A DNA stretch of 62,852 nt, counting the filler, from Octopus bimaculoides (taxonomy: Eukaryota), in the NCBI RefSeq assembly GCF_001194135.2. It is 6 parts of 6 records of this genome, joined end to end, with 100 filler letters (N's around TTAATTAATTAA, not from the genome) between each part and the next. Parts side by side here need not be neighbours in the genome. Positions count along the whole stretch, not along the records: positions 1 to 23,764 come from NC_068986.1; 5 more parts are not named here. One strand, 5' to 3'. Under the pieces are notes generated by a model. That model was not told the DNA's origin and ran no database searches. It worked only from the letters and a program-made list of their open reading frames with translations. Below, one piece after another: positions 1 to 11,944 of this stretch. The translations under genes and the position numbers were made by a program. Each line of letters begins with the position of its first letter. The first letter of the stretch is position 1.

Positions 1-6
1 ACCTAG

Positions 7-271
7 TGTTATATGGACTGTTAGATATGTAATTCGTCTGACGTTCCGTGTGTCATGTGGTTCGTCTGAGTTCATTGTTTCATTGTTGTTGTCTTGTGGG
101 ACTGTCGTAGTAAAAGGTCATTGATATATATATGGCGGACATGACTTTTGTTTATTCATAACGAACATTGGGTGAGTGCGTTCTTTGTATGTAATTGAAC
201 AATAAATGTAATAATTAAATTGTATAACTCGTTATGTTATCTCTGCGAGTCAGTCCGAGGGAAACATAACA
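7..271 (+). mobile_element. Solo LTR of an LTR retrotransposon (265 bp)
   Basis: Begins TGTTAT (7-12), ends ATAACA (266-271); flanked by perfect 5-bp target-site duplication CCTAG (2-6, 272-276); AATAAA at 201-206; no internal coding sequence. Confidence 0.8.
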
Positions 272-849
272 CCTAGGAAGCTGCACTGCTTTCTGTTGGC
301 CTTGACACATTTCCTGTGTCCTTATGTTTACAAGGGGGAGACAAGCACCTTGGTGCAGCTTCCTACATCTAACCAACAGTAGTATTATTCCCTTCAGGGG
401 ACTGTCACATTAAGTCGACGGCATACAACTACTTCAAGCCCTTCTTTGTTCTTAGAATGAAGAGAAACTTTTCCTGCTCCCTGACATTTAAATTTCAGAA
501 ACTTCTTAACTTTAACAAGGAATACAAAGTTTGCAAACACAAACCATTGTTCTTCTCCCTGGAGAATATTTTACCATGATACAATATTTTATATCCACTG
601 AGTAATTCCTTCATCACTACTTTGGCAAGTATATTGAAGTCTTTGGAGTTGTCTCTTGTGCTTTCCAAAATAATTAAAGTATTTGTCACTGACTAATACT
701 ATCATTTGCTCACCACATAATTATTTTTAATTTGCTTATTAATGATCCTTATATTAAATATGGTAACACTAACTTAATAAGTTTATGAATAAGACTTGTC
801 TGTCCTCTCTATCCAGTTACTAGGTAGATAGCTTTATGATGACTGGACA

Positions 850-1050
850 TTGCTGTTTAGCCCCAGGGTGGCCCTACAATCAAAGCCATTCGACTCACAG
901 AAATCCTTTAATTTTTTTGTTGCTTTTTCCCTAGATTTAATGTATCTAGGAATATTCCATTATTCAGTATGTCCTTCCTTTTCTTAAGGTGATACAATGT
1001 GATTTGAAGGAGATTTTTCTATTTCCATCAGGTTGAATTATCATGCAGAG
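850..1050. repeat. Interspersed repeat family F (unclassified), diverged copy
   Basis: Shares motifs 'gtttagccccagg..' and 'gtgatttga.ggagat' with copies at ~14270, ~25860, ~45430 and ~60300. Confidence 0.55.
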
Positions 1051-1511
1051 TAAATTTTATTTTTAGCTATCAGTTGTTTTTCTCCTAGATCTTGTTTCCT
1101 GATCAATCAATGATACAGTATGATTTTTGTTTGTTTATTTAATTAGGTATATTCTTTATATATGTTTTTGATTTTTCACTATGGTAAGGTCTACAGGAAT
1201 TTCAGGAGAGTATTGGTTGCATCAAATTATCCTACCAACCTAATCTTCCTGTAACTAATTTTCCTTACTTTGAAGTTATGAACACAGGTTATTTATTCTC
1301 TCTCTATCTCTCAACAGTGGAGGGATATTGGAAAAATATAATTATGGCTGTAAAACTTGGATTTGGTCCATAGCAATGAAAATATTTCTTTTGTGCTAAA
1401 TACATTTACCTCTTATACATTATTGGATAAGGCCAGACTAGCTTATTTATTCAGTAACGTCATGTATTTACATGTGTACATGTCATATTACCATATTGTT
1501 ATTTAATATTT

Positions 1512-1589
<78 letters not shown>

Positions 1590-1719
1590 NNNNNNNNNNN
1601 NNNNNNNNNNNNNNNNNNNNNNNNNNNNNNNNNNNNNNNNNNNNNNNNNNNNNNNNNNNNNNNNNNNNNNNNNNNNNNNNNNNNNNNNNNNNNNNNNNNN
1701 NNNNNNNNNNNNNNNNNNA

Positions 1720-2450
1720 TACCCGGTAATTCCTGGGAAAGTGGGGTTTATCCCTTGGTTCCATTCTCATAATTGTTTCGCTAATCCAATAACAACAATA
1801 CAAAGTATGTAACCCTTAAAACAGTTTTCCTGCATTTACAGAGAATACCAAACTGTCTTACACAGAATCTTGTTTTTAGGAATTCCCCAATAAGTTATGA
1901 ATACCCAAATTGTAAAGTCAGTTATGTAATAACATGAAATTAGTTACCCGATAGTGAGAATTCAAATAAAGTAGCCCTGAAAAGGGCTTTAATGCATTCT
2001 CAGAGTATATAGAACATAGGAGGAAATACTAAGGTATGTATACTAAAATCTTGAAGCATGTTACGTAATAACAGGCTAATCAGACATGAGATAAGAGCAA
2101 TTCAAAGTAAATAACTTTGAAAAGGGCTTTTGTGCGTTCCCAGAGAATATTACTCTCAGCGGCACTAGTGTTGGTATATTCGTGAATAAGTCACTAACTG
2201 AAATAAGAAATAAGCATTTGATTTGTAACACATGATTTAGGAAAATGAATGGGTTATTTTCCTTGGATGTTAAAATGAAATATATTAGATATATATAAGG
2301 ATCCCTTCCAGGGGCCCATTTATCGATTTTTTTCAACAATCTAAGTATGCCATGAGGTTTCCAGACATGAGCTCTACTCACGTATCAAGTTCCATCAAAA
2401 TCGATAAACCAATGTAGGAGGAGTTAGCTAACAACTTCACAAACACACCC
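1720..2450 (-). mobile_element. Possible decayed Penelope-like RT remnant
   Basis: Minus-strand translation includes 'ISVSDLFTNIPT', resembling the PLE RT motif SFDVxSLFTNIP; flanked by (TA)n; heavily degenerate. Confidence 0.4.
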
Positions 2451-2556
2451 ACAGACAATTTCTCACATATGTAGTAGATATATATATATATATANNNNNN
2501 NNNNNNNNNNNNNNNNNNNNNNNNNNNNNNNNNNNNNNNNNNNNNNNATATACATA

Positions 2557-2944
2557 TCTGGCACCTGTACCAGTGGAGCGCTAAGAGCACCATTCAAGTG
2601 TGATCGTTACCAGCGTCGCCTTCCTGGCACTTGTGCCGGTGGCATGTGAAAAGTCATTCGAACGAGATCGTTCCCAGTGCTGTTGGACTGTGCAGGTAGC
2701 ACGTAAAATACACCATTTTGAGCGTGGCCATTGCCAGTACCGTCTGACTGGCCTTTGTGCCGGTGGCACGTAAAAGCACCCACTACACTCTCGGAGTGGC
2801 TGGTGTTAGGAAGGGCATCCAGCTGTAGAAACTCTGTCAAATCAGATTGGAGCCTGGTGTAGCCATCTGGTTTACCAGTCCTCAGTCAAATCGTCCAACC
2901 CATGCTAGCATGGAAAGCGGACGTTAAACAATGATGATGATGAT
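2557..2944 (+). mobile_element. SINE-like/non-LTR 3' element, family C, with (GAT)n tail and internal ~57-67 bp tandem units
   Basis: Ends '...ccaacccatgctagcatggaaagcggacgttaaacaatgatgatgatgat'; near-identical reverse-complement copy at 14593-14820; repeated unit 'gtgccggtggcacgtaaaa' at ~2567, 2633, 2690 and 2757. Confidence 0.8.
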
Positions 2945-3477
2945 ATACATACACACACACACACATTTGTACACACATTCATTCACACTTACATACATAC
3001 ATATATAATAGATCAGGATTCGAGTGAATCATGCACTTAAATGGTAAGGCACTGGATCAGGTCGAAAAATAAAATGTGTACACAACAAAGATAGACAAAT
3101 ATATACGCATGTATTGAAGTACAGGCAGAAAGATATTCAGGTTATATATACAATTAACTGGACCTGACTGAGTATATCAATAATCCCGAGGTTAATCAGG
3201 GAACTAAATGTACAGTCCATAATATACTTTGGATCTACGCAAGAAGGTTCCAAGTGTGGTGAATAATAAATAACAACAGATGAATAATGTGTCGATCCAC
3301 TACAACAAATTTTTAATTGATTAATGAAGACATTACATCATTAGAAAAAAAACATTTTCATCAGGTGAATACATGAATCACAACATTCAAAAACATTCAG
3401 GCTACTCATAACTTTTTGAAAATGGTACATAGTGGCACATCAGAGATAGTTAATTTATAGTTTATTTTCTCTATTGA

Positions 3478-3520
3478 AAATTTTTAGAATTATTTTATAA
3501 AAGTATAGCTTTTACTTTAT
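3478..3520 (+). pseudogene. trnL1: Mitochondrial tRNA-Leu(UAG) 3' half, within NUMT
   Basis: Anticodon loop TTTAGAA (3483-3489), T-arm AAAAG-TATAG-CTTTT; 5' half missing. Confidence 0.6.
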
Positions 3521-3590
3521 ATTAAGGTGGCAGATTAGTGTGAAGGATTTAAGATCCTTTTATGAAAAGTTTATTTATTTTCTCTTAATA
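3521..3590 (+). pseudogene. trnL2: Mitochondrial tRNA-Leu(UAA), within NUMT
   Basis: ATTAAGGTGGCAGA start; anticodon arm AAGGA-TTTAAGA-TCCTT; acceptor closes ..CTTAATA immediately before the nad1 ATG. Confidence 0.85.
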
Positions 3591-3800
3591 ATGTTTGTTG
3601 ATTTAGTTTCTTATATAGTATCATGTATTTCTGCATTATTGGCGGTTGCTTTTTTTACATTGTTGGAGCGAAAAGGGTTGAGATATTTTCAAATACGTAA
3701 AGGGTCTAATAAAGTAGGTTTGATAGGATTGCCTCAACCTTTATCAGATGCAATTAAATTGTTTAGTAAAGAGTATATTAAACCTACTATAGTTAATTAG
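3591..3800 (+). pseudogene. nad1: Truncated NADH dehydrogenase subunit 1 pseudogene (NUMT)
   Basis: [47 protein letters not shown] matches the ND1 motif LERKxLGYxQxRKGPNKVG...QPLADAxKL; truncated after ~69 codons; conserved P appears as S. Confidence 0.93.
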
Positions 3801-4109
3801 TTAATTACTATAGTTAATTGTAAAATATTGATTTTACAATCCCAATAAATTATATTTAGTTGAGTATTTGAAATAAGCTCTGATTGAGGAGACCTAGGTG
3901 TGGTGGTTGCTAATGAAATATTTTGGGCAGGGTAATCCATAAAAACTAATGAATACTATATGATGTTATGCTTTGGTTTTATTTGTAACTACATTGCACT
4001 GTTCGTCATGCAGTTTCCCTGTACAGATGAACAGTGGGTATGCACCCTGTAATGATATACAGAAAGGTGTACTAAACTATATTTTGTGTGTGAATACATG
4101 GACATGTGT

Positions 4110-4265
4110 GATTACAAAGTTTGCAACCACATGGTTTTAGGTTTGGTCCCAGTATGTGGCACTTTGAGTAAGCATCTACTATAGCTATGTAGCAATCAAT
4201 GTTTCGAGTATGGAAATGGTAGGCAGAAAGTGAGAAGCCCATTGTATGTGTGTATGTGTATGTGT
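4110..4265 (+). mobile_element. SINE family A, diverged 5' fragment
   Basis: 'caaccacatggtt...gtggcactttgagtaag...ctactatag...agaagcccattgtatgtg' matches family A copies such as 10825. Confidence 0.6.
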
Positions 4266-5039
4266 CTGTGCTATTTGATTTGTGGAATTCTCACTTTCTA
4301 TTAGTAAATTTTGAATAGCTAACTCAGTAGAAGATATATATCACCAAGCTCACCTTTTATGCACAACTGTCCTTTGAAATTGAACTTTAGAAAGGTCTGT
4401 TTAAAAGCATTATATTTCTTTTGTTAACTACAGAAGTAATATCAACTTCTATAGTTTAATTGAAGTCTTCACAATACAATATTGATAGAATATAAGGAGT
4501 TCTCAGTAGTTCTTTATGTGGTATTTGATTTCTTGATTTCTACCCATTTGTTCCCTTTTTAAGTTGTTAAAACTTTTAGTATCCCCAATATCTCTAAATG
4601 TTCTTTGTAGAATATCTACCATTGCTGTATCTCTATATTTTTGGCATATTTTCACATATTCCCAATTGTACATTAAAATATTGTTTTCCAAATATGTGAT
4701 ATTAATTTCTAATTTAGGTACAAGGCAGCAAATGCCTCGGGAGGGACACAAATGAAATAGAAAATAGCACTTGACTGCACTGCCGTCTCTAGTTGAGGAA
4801 TTTTCTTTACCCTCTTCCACTAGCATTCACCACTATTTTTACCCATCCACTACTCTACTATTTCTCCAATTCATACTCATTTTGTCTGCCACTTTACCAA
4901 TCCTGACAGAAGTATTACAGTATTTGTTTTAATAATTAGCTAGAAAGACAGAACTGTACCCATGGCCTTCACAGATTCTCCAAGATTATGTCTCGTTTTC
5001 AGATCTATATTTACTGCCTAAGAGTAACCGATTTACACA

Positions 5040-5209
5040 ACTAGAGGCACAAGACCTGAAATTTCAGGAGAGGGGAATAGTTGATTACATCGACCCCAGT
5101 GCTCAACTGGTACTTATTTTATCAACCTTGAGAGGGTGAAAGGCAAAGTCAACCCAGTGGATTTTGAACTCAGAATGTGCAGACGGATGAATTGCCACTA
5201 AGCATTTCA
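5040..5209 (-). mobile_element. SINE family D, partial
   Basis: 'gattacatcgaccccagtgctcaactggtacttatttt...ttgaactcagaa' is the reverse complement of the copies at 11945 and 12886. Confidence 0.75.
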
Positions 5210-5691
5210 TTAGGTGAAATCAATGCTGTTGCTAGAGCACCTTTGATTGTTGATTGAGAAAAATGACCTAATGTCAAGGAATAAAGGAAATGCTTACATA
5301 TCTAAATATAAGATTAAATTTTAATATTGATTTTAGTCTTTTTTTATCCTTTGATATAATAAATATATATCCCCGAAACTCAGCAGTTTGGCAAAAGAGA
5401 CCAATAGAATAGTTGGTGGCAGCTTTATCTCATATCCGAGTATTTATTTTCTTCTTTACTGAATGCTTCCTTTGTGGTGATGCTGTTGATGTCTCTGTAG
5501 ACCAATTCTTGCAAAGAAAAGTTGATGGCATTGACTGTATGGCAATGGTGGTAGAGGATAAGGTTGATTTTTCAAGCTTTTCTCTCTTGTCGTTTGATTT
5601 CATCCCTTTCTCTTCTGGTGGCTTTGAAGGTTTTGGTTCCGATGGTGATGGAATGCCACCATTTGGTATAGTTTTGGACTTGTGTTGCAGC

Positions 5692-5935
5692 CATTAGACT
5701 GCAGCCATGCAGTCTAATTTTCAGTTGAATAAATCAACCCCAGTACTTATTTTTTGTTAAGTCTGATATTTCTTCTATTGGTTTGGCAAAAGAGACCAAC
5801 AGAATAAATACCATGCTTAGCAAAAAATAAGTACTGGGGTCGATTCATTTGACTGAAAATTCTTCAAGGTGGTGCCCCAGCATGGCTGCAGTGTAATGAC
5901 TAAAACAAGTCAAAGATAAAAGATACTAAGATAAA
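5692..5935. repeat. Foldback (inverted duplication) of SINE family A 3' half
   Basis: 5692-5781 is the reverse complement of ~5794-5900 (e.g. aaccccagtacttatttttt / aaaaaataagtactggggt); 12-nt central loop. Confidence 0.8.
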
Positions 5936-6577
5936 AAGCCACAACTATATTTTAGTTTTTCTGTCCTTCAATATAAATAGATTAAAAGAAATAACCACAA
6001 TATTTGTACAAATACAAATTTACTTAATTAGTTACATCTCTTACCTGAAACTGACCATGTTGTAACTGCTTGTGAATTAGTCCTACCACATTAACGTAAA
6101 TCTATAAACCAGTATTAATTTGAAGTTCAAAAATCATTCAATGGTGATTGGTATCAGATTATAATGATTGCAAGGAATTGACACTGAATAATAAATTTAG
6201 AGGCAGAGAAAATAAGACTGGGAATTAGATAATGATGATGACTTTGTATTTCTGTGATAGCTATATTAAAAAAAAAAAATGGCCAGCTGTCAACATTTGA
6301 AGCTATTGGCCTATCTTTAGTAATTTAATTTATGGTCACTGAATGACACAATCCAATTTGGCTAGGTGTTTCAAGTTGGTCCTTTAAAACTTTTAAGTGG
6401 GTTGTTAAAACTTAGATTCAGTTGGCAAACACAATTTAACTCTATTAATGTGTACCATCTTAATGATTCAATTAGCCCGACAGGTTCCATTATATATTAC
6501 TGTATTGAAAAGGTAATTTTTAAATAACTGAACAAGGTGAAAAACACACATACAGTCAACACCACTATCATCATCAT

Positions 6578-6795
6578 CTTTTCTACTATAGGCACAAAGC
6601 ATGACATTTAGGAGGAGGGGTTAGTTTTTTTATATAAACCTCAATATTCAACTGGTATGTTTTGATCCTGAAAGGATAAAAGGCAGTGTTGACCTCAATG
6701 GAATTTGAACTCAGAGTATAAAGAACTGGAAGAAATGCTTCTTACCATTCTTAGCATTTTTCTGGCATGCTAACAATTCTACCAGCTCACCACCT
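6578..6795 (-). mobile_element. SINE family D
   Basis: Full-length-like reverse copy ending at 'ccagctcaccacct'; CpG-decayed. Confidence 0.7.
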
Positions 6796-6796
6796 T

Positions 6797-7139
6797 TCTT
6801 CTTCTTCTTCTTCTTCTTCTTCTTCTTCTTCTTCTTCTTCTTCTTCTTCTTCTTCTTCTTCTTCTTCTTCTTCTTCTTCTTCTTCTTCTTCTTCTTCTTC
6901 TTCTTCTNNNNNNNNNNNNNNNNNNNNNNNNNNNNNNNNNNNNNNNNNNNNNNNNNNNNNNNNNNNNNNNNNNNNNNNNNNNNNNNNNNNNNNNNNNNNN
7001 NNNNNNNNNNNNNNNNNNNNNNNNNNNNNNNNNNNNNNNNNNNNNNNNNNNNNNNNNNNNNNNNNNNNNNNNNNNNNNNNNNNNNNNNNNNNNNNNNNNN
7101 NNNCTCCTCCTCCTCCTCCTCCTCCTCCTCCTCCTCCTC
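6797..7139. repeat. (TCT)n ... gap ... (CCT)n microsatellite
   Basis: Direct reading; explains the poly-S/E/K/P/G ORFs. Confidence 0.95.
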
Positions 7140-7859
7140 GCTGTCTTGTGTTGTCATGCAACATAATTCCCTTTATTGTGATCTCGCGCCATTTTAACAG
7201 TTATTCTTACTATTCTTACATCTGAACTTCATCTCTTTCCTGTTTATTCCTTGTTTTTCTTCTGTTATGGTACTCTCCATTTGTAAACTTTTTACACGGT
7301 TTCATCCCGCATATATCATCTATTCATATTACAAGTCCATACCAGCTCAGATGACTTTTAGGCAGACACTTATAATGCACAACTACTTTCTGAATAGAAA
7401 TGTAGGTCTGATTATTTCAAATGTTTTCAACATCAGAAAAAAAAAAAAATTTTTTTTAATTAAATACAGTGGTGAGAAAAACATATATTAGGTGTTAATG
7501 AACATTATTGTGTGGCTGAACAAGCAAGGGAGACAACACTGAACATGTAAGCTCTATTAGATTCCATCAGTGGGAGTATGGCCTTCATCATTGCCCTAAC
7601 AAACTTACTATAGTATTATTTATAAAAAAGTGTTATTTATACCATAGTGTTACTTATAAAACGCATTAAGTGACAAGGTAAATGAGGTTAATTATTGATT
7701 TAATTATAATTGCAGGCACTGACCATACTTATGTGATTAAAATGGTGGGTTTATGTATGTTATTCTCATTACAACATCTGAGTTTGTTCTATGGCTATTC
7801 TTGCTGCCAATAATTCTCATCTCTCTTTTGCCCCTTCAGTCAGCTAACTAAGATCCCAC

Positions 7860-8290
7860 TGCACACTTTGAGTATGTATTACTTACATGCATTGAGTATG
7901 CAATATTGAGTTCCTATATGTTGAGTAAAGCTCTTTCCCACTTGTGCTGTGTTTTTGTCTTCCCCTCTCGCCAGCCTCCCTACTACTGACTAAAACTTTT
8001 TGTTTTATCATCTTAACATCTTCAGGACCTCCAACTCTTGATTCTTATTTCAAGTTTAAAGCTTACCCTGCAGTTCAACGTATTTTGAAGTGACAGCCAG
8101 GTTATCAACATATAGAAAGTTTCCCAGGATATCTCGCCCTTAAAGAATTGTTATTGTCTCAGTAGCTGTTTTAGTGATACAGAACGTTCCAAATACTATT
8201 CTCTACTCAGTTTAAAAGAGACCCACATCATTAGATGCCATAGCTGGTATGGTACAGATGAAGATATAGGCAAGCAACTCTAATCAAAAT
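7860..8290 (-). mobile_element. Decayed RTE-clade LINE, RT region
   Basis: Minus-strand frames give FKGEISWE / FLYVDNLAVTS..ELQGKL..KKVLVS / RNSILHTQC, resembling RTE 'FKTGCPWELLYADDL...KTKVLVS...RNSIxCTQC'; many stops. Confidence 0.65.
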
Positions 8291-8854
8291 ACCCGCCTCC
8301 TCCAGTTTATAGATTGTGACTACCTGCACACACTCACTTAGTTTCCAAGTTCATGTCAGTTATTAATTATTGAAGTGATATAATACAGCCAATCAAATTT
8401 AAACTTGTAATCCATTTACAAGTTTAAATTTGATTTGGGAAGCTAAATGCATTTGAGACTCTTTACAGTAAAGTTAGGGGTCTTGGTTGTATGCTTATCA
8501 TCAGTGGCTTTGATCTCTTTTGTGATTTTCTTAAGCCATAGATGACCTATTCACTGCCCTTGTTTGGCATGGTCTTGTGTTATGAATAACTAGTGTAGTT
8601 TGATGTTTGGTATGTCCACAAGAACTTAGATCTTTTGTAGAAACTATCTTCCTTGCTGTTTATGATGAGAGTTTAAATGAGATTAGCTGCTAGAAGTTCT
8701 ATGAATTTTATTAATGATTTGAATTTTGAAATACATGATCACATAGATAAACTGTACGACTTTGAAAAGCCACATATGGGAACATTTCCCCGGTAGAAAT
8801 TTTTTTCCTGGAAAATGAGAATAGACTACTTCTCCTCAGGTTTGTTGACTTGCA

Positions 8855-9070
8855 AGCTATACAGTGACCTCAGTAGTGCTGGTGGATCGAATAAATCACC
8901 TAGTGCACACTATAAAGTGGTTGGTGTTAGGAAGAGCATCCAGCCATAGAAATCATATCAAAGCAGACACTGGAGAATGATACAATCCTTAGACTCATTG
9001 GATTCTTGTCAAACCATCCAACCCATGCTAGCATGGAACATGGATATTAAATGATGATGGTGATAATGAT
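8855..9070 (+). mobile_element. Family C-related element, diverged, (GAT)n tail
   Basis: 'gtggttggtgttaggaagagcatccagcc...ccaacccatgctagcatggaa...aatgatgatg'. Confidence 0.7.
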
Positions 9071-9445
9071 AAAGTGTTTTGTTGGAAGTTGTACATGGCT
9101 ATGTTTGTATAGCATGTAGAGCATCTGGTATAACAGTCTCCTCTGGTAAAATATTTTATTTTTTTGCTTTCAAGAACATTCATTATATGGTTCCAGATAA
9201 TCTCATAGCTTTTGTATGGTAAGTTCCTTGAGGGCTTATATGGGATCATAACTGTGCAAGTCATATAGTCATTTAGGAATTGTTTCAACTCAGTAGATAC
9301 AAAAGGAACCACTTATCTGAAGGAATAAATGATGACATGCTCAAAATAGAGAAGAGATAAGTTAGACCCTTTCTCATGGTGTACATACATGTACAACAAC
9401 ATGGATAGGCAAATGAAAAATGGAAACTTCAAAAATATAGTAAAC

Positions 9446-9852
9446 AGGTGCAGGCATGGCTGCGTGGTAAGAAGCTTGCTTCCCAACCACATGGTTCCAG
9501 GTTCAGTCCCATTGTGTGGCACCTTGGGCAAGTGTTTTCTACTATAGCCCCAGGCCAACCAGAAACTATGAGTCGATTTGGTAGATAGAGACTGAATGAA
9601 ACTTGTCATATATATATATATATATATNNNNNNNNNNCCATTCACCTTGCCATCGCTTGACAACCAATGGTGGTGTGTTTATGTCCCCATAACTTAGTGG
9701 TTCAGCAAAAGAAACTGATAGAATAAGTAGTAGGCTTACAAAGAATAAGTCCGGTGTGGGGGGGGGGGCGATTTCTTTGACTAAAACCCGTTAAGGCGGT
9801 TCCCCAGCATGGCTGCAGTCAAATGACTGAGACAAGTAAAAGAATAATAGAA
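9446..9852 (+). mobile_element. tRNA-derived SINE family A, full length (internal (TA)n and small gap)
   Basis: A-box-like TGGCTGCGTGG, B-box-like GGTTCAGTCCC; 3' end 'catggctgcagtcaaatgactgagacaagtaaaaga'. Confidence 0.85.
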
Positions 9853-9999
9853 GACGTTTGAATTATTAAAATTAGAGTCTTTTAGAATCTATTGACAAAT
9901 GTTCAGATCAATGAATAGCTTTTATAAGTGAAGCACTTTCAGATGACAAAAACTAGGTTTGATTTTACTATATTCATTGAAGTTGGTGCAGGCTTATTT

Positions 10000-10620
10000 T
10001 ACTTCTTCAACAGATTTTTGATCTGTCACTAAATTAAAATATTTCACCAGGAAATGTTTAACATTTTCTCATAGCTTCTGTTGCTACTTAATCTTTTTAT
10101 TTTTTTCGACAACATGGTAAGAGTTTTTTGAAGAATTAAAGACCTTGAGAAAGCTACCAGACTGTGACATTGTGATAATGTTGCAGCAATAGTTTTATCA
10201 GTAACATCTGTTTCAATAATAAAAGGAAAATTATTATTAGGCAGCAAGGAGAGTGTCCTCTGATAGGGGTGGGATGGATTCACACTGATTATTGACCTAA
10301 TTTTGGGTGGGGTGTTGTGTGTTAGCTGAGTTGGGTAGTTTCTCTTGAAGTGACAAATTTAAACAAAGACATTAGTAGCACTAAAACAGTTTGGATAGTT
10401 TTCTGAGATTATTCTTTAGTTTAGAGTAAACAGAGCAAGAGGTCCTGAAAAATGATACCTTGTGAGATTGTAAGAGAATAATGTTTTGAGTTTTGTGGAG
10501 AAAATACTTGATAAAACAAAGGAATAAAGAGTGGGTATATAATGGAGCAATGCTAATCTGATTAATCTAGGGTTGGTGAACATTTCTAAACTCATCATGT
10601 ACTTATGAAAATGTTGTCAT
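10000..10620 (-). mobile_element. Decayed Ty3/Gypsy pol fragment (RT end - RNase H)
   Basis: Minus strand: FPFIIETDVTDKTIAATLSQ..VAFSRSL and HFLVKYFNLVTDQKSV match Gypsy RNase H motifs (FxIETDASDxxIAAxLSQ..VAFxSRxL; HYLxGxxFxLxTDQKS); TISQGII upstream. Confidence 0.8.
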
Positions 10621-10824
10621 TTTGTGAAAAGTTCGAATTACTGGAATTAGCTGAACTGGATAGAGTCTGTACATAGTTCCTGTTGGAGATTCACATGTCA
10701 GACATGATGGTAAACTTTGCTGATAAAAGATACAATTGACCTAAATGGGATTTGATCTCAGAGCACAGAGAGCTAGAACAAATACTTCAAGACATTCCAA
10801 CAACTGTAATGACTGTATCACTTT

Positions 10825-11241
10825 GGTGCAGGAGTGGCTGTGTGGTAAGAAGCTTGCTTCCTAACCACATGGTTCTGGGTTCAATCCAACTGAGTGACAC
10901 CTTGGGCAAGTGTCTTCTACTATAGCCTCAGGCCAACTAAAGCCTTGTGAGTGGATTTGGTAGACAGAAACTGAAAGAAGCCAATTGTATGTAGATATAT
11001 ATATAAATATAGATAGATATAAGTGTGTGTGTGTGTATATCTGTGTTTGTCCTGCACCACCACTTGACAACCGGTGTTTATGTCCCTGTGACTTAGCGGC
11101 TTGGCAAAAGAGACTGATAGAATACGAGCCAGGCTAAAAAATAAAAAGTACTGAAGTCGATTTATTTGACCAATAATTCGAGGTGATGCCCCCGCATGAC
11201 CACAGTCTAATGACTGAAACAAGTATAAGAATAAAAGAATA
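10825..11241 (+). mobile_element. SINE family A, full length
   Basis: Same head, middle microsatellite and tail as the 9446 copy. Confidence 0.88.
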
Positions 11242-11248
11242 CACACAC

Positions 11249-11301
<53 letters not shown>

Positions 11302-11944
11302 ATCAGCATAGTTAGTGTCTACTAAAGGCTATGGTAGATTCCACTTTTTGTGTCATTTTCTTTCCATTGTCACTCAGGGATGTGATTCTTCCTGTTGATT
11401 TTCCTGATTTTTATGGATACACACGTCTTGCCCTGCAACACACTTCATGTCTCTTGTCCTCTTGGTTCAGTATGTTGGCAAACATTTCCCCCTCTGCACC
11501 TTATACCTCTTCATTTTACGTATTTATTTTATTTAGATGCACTTATCAACTTTAGCAAGAGTTTTTTTCACTACTAAGATGCTTCTTACTTAATCATAAG
11601 CATACTTATATCTACCTACCTGCTAAAAGATCTCTTGGCTTGCTTATTAAGTCCTGTTTCACTATTACCTGTTCTTTGGTTGTGTCTTGATGTTTGCTTC
11701 AGTCCTTTTTACAATTCTCCAAACTTTTTTTTCTTTCCTCTATTACCCACCATCTTCTGTGTTTGTTTATTCCCTGACATCCTCGCATAGCATATCTTAA
11801 CCTACTACAATTTTGAAACTGTTACTTATGCATTGAAAACACACACACACACACTCTCTCTCTCTCTGTCTCTCTCTCTCTCTCTTAGAATGTAATAAAA
11901 ATAAAGTTATAAATTTTTTCATTTTAATATTATTCTGGTTACAT

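Larger units (their letters stand above)
3478..3800 (+). pseudogene. NUMT: nuclear copy of mitochondrial trnL1 (3' part)-trnL2-nad1 (5' part)
   Basis: Contiguous tRNA-Leu structures followed by unmistakable ND1 N-terminus; gene order matches cephalopod mtDNA. Confidence 0.92.

Noticed and set aside
3591-3800. Functional nad1, or a link between the NUMT and the nearby mitochondrial-membrane protein gene
   Set aside because: Truncated, with a conserved residue changed; co-location is most simply chance.
4330-4830. Possible further PLE RT remnant on the minus strand
   Set aside because: Similarity is suggestive only; no diagnostic motif intact.
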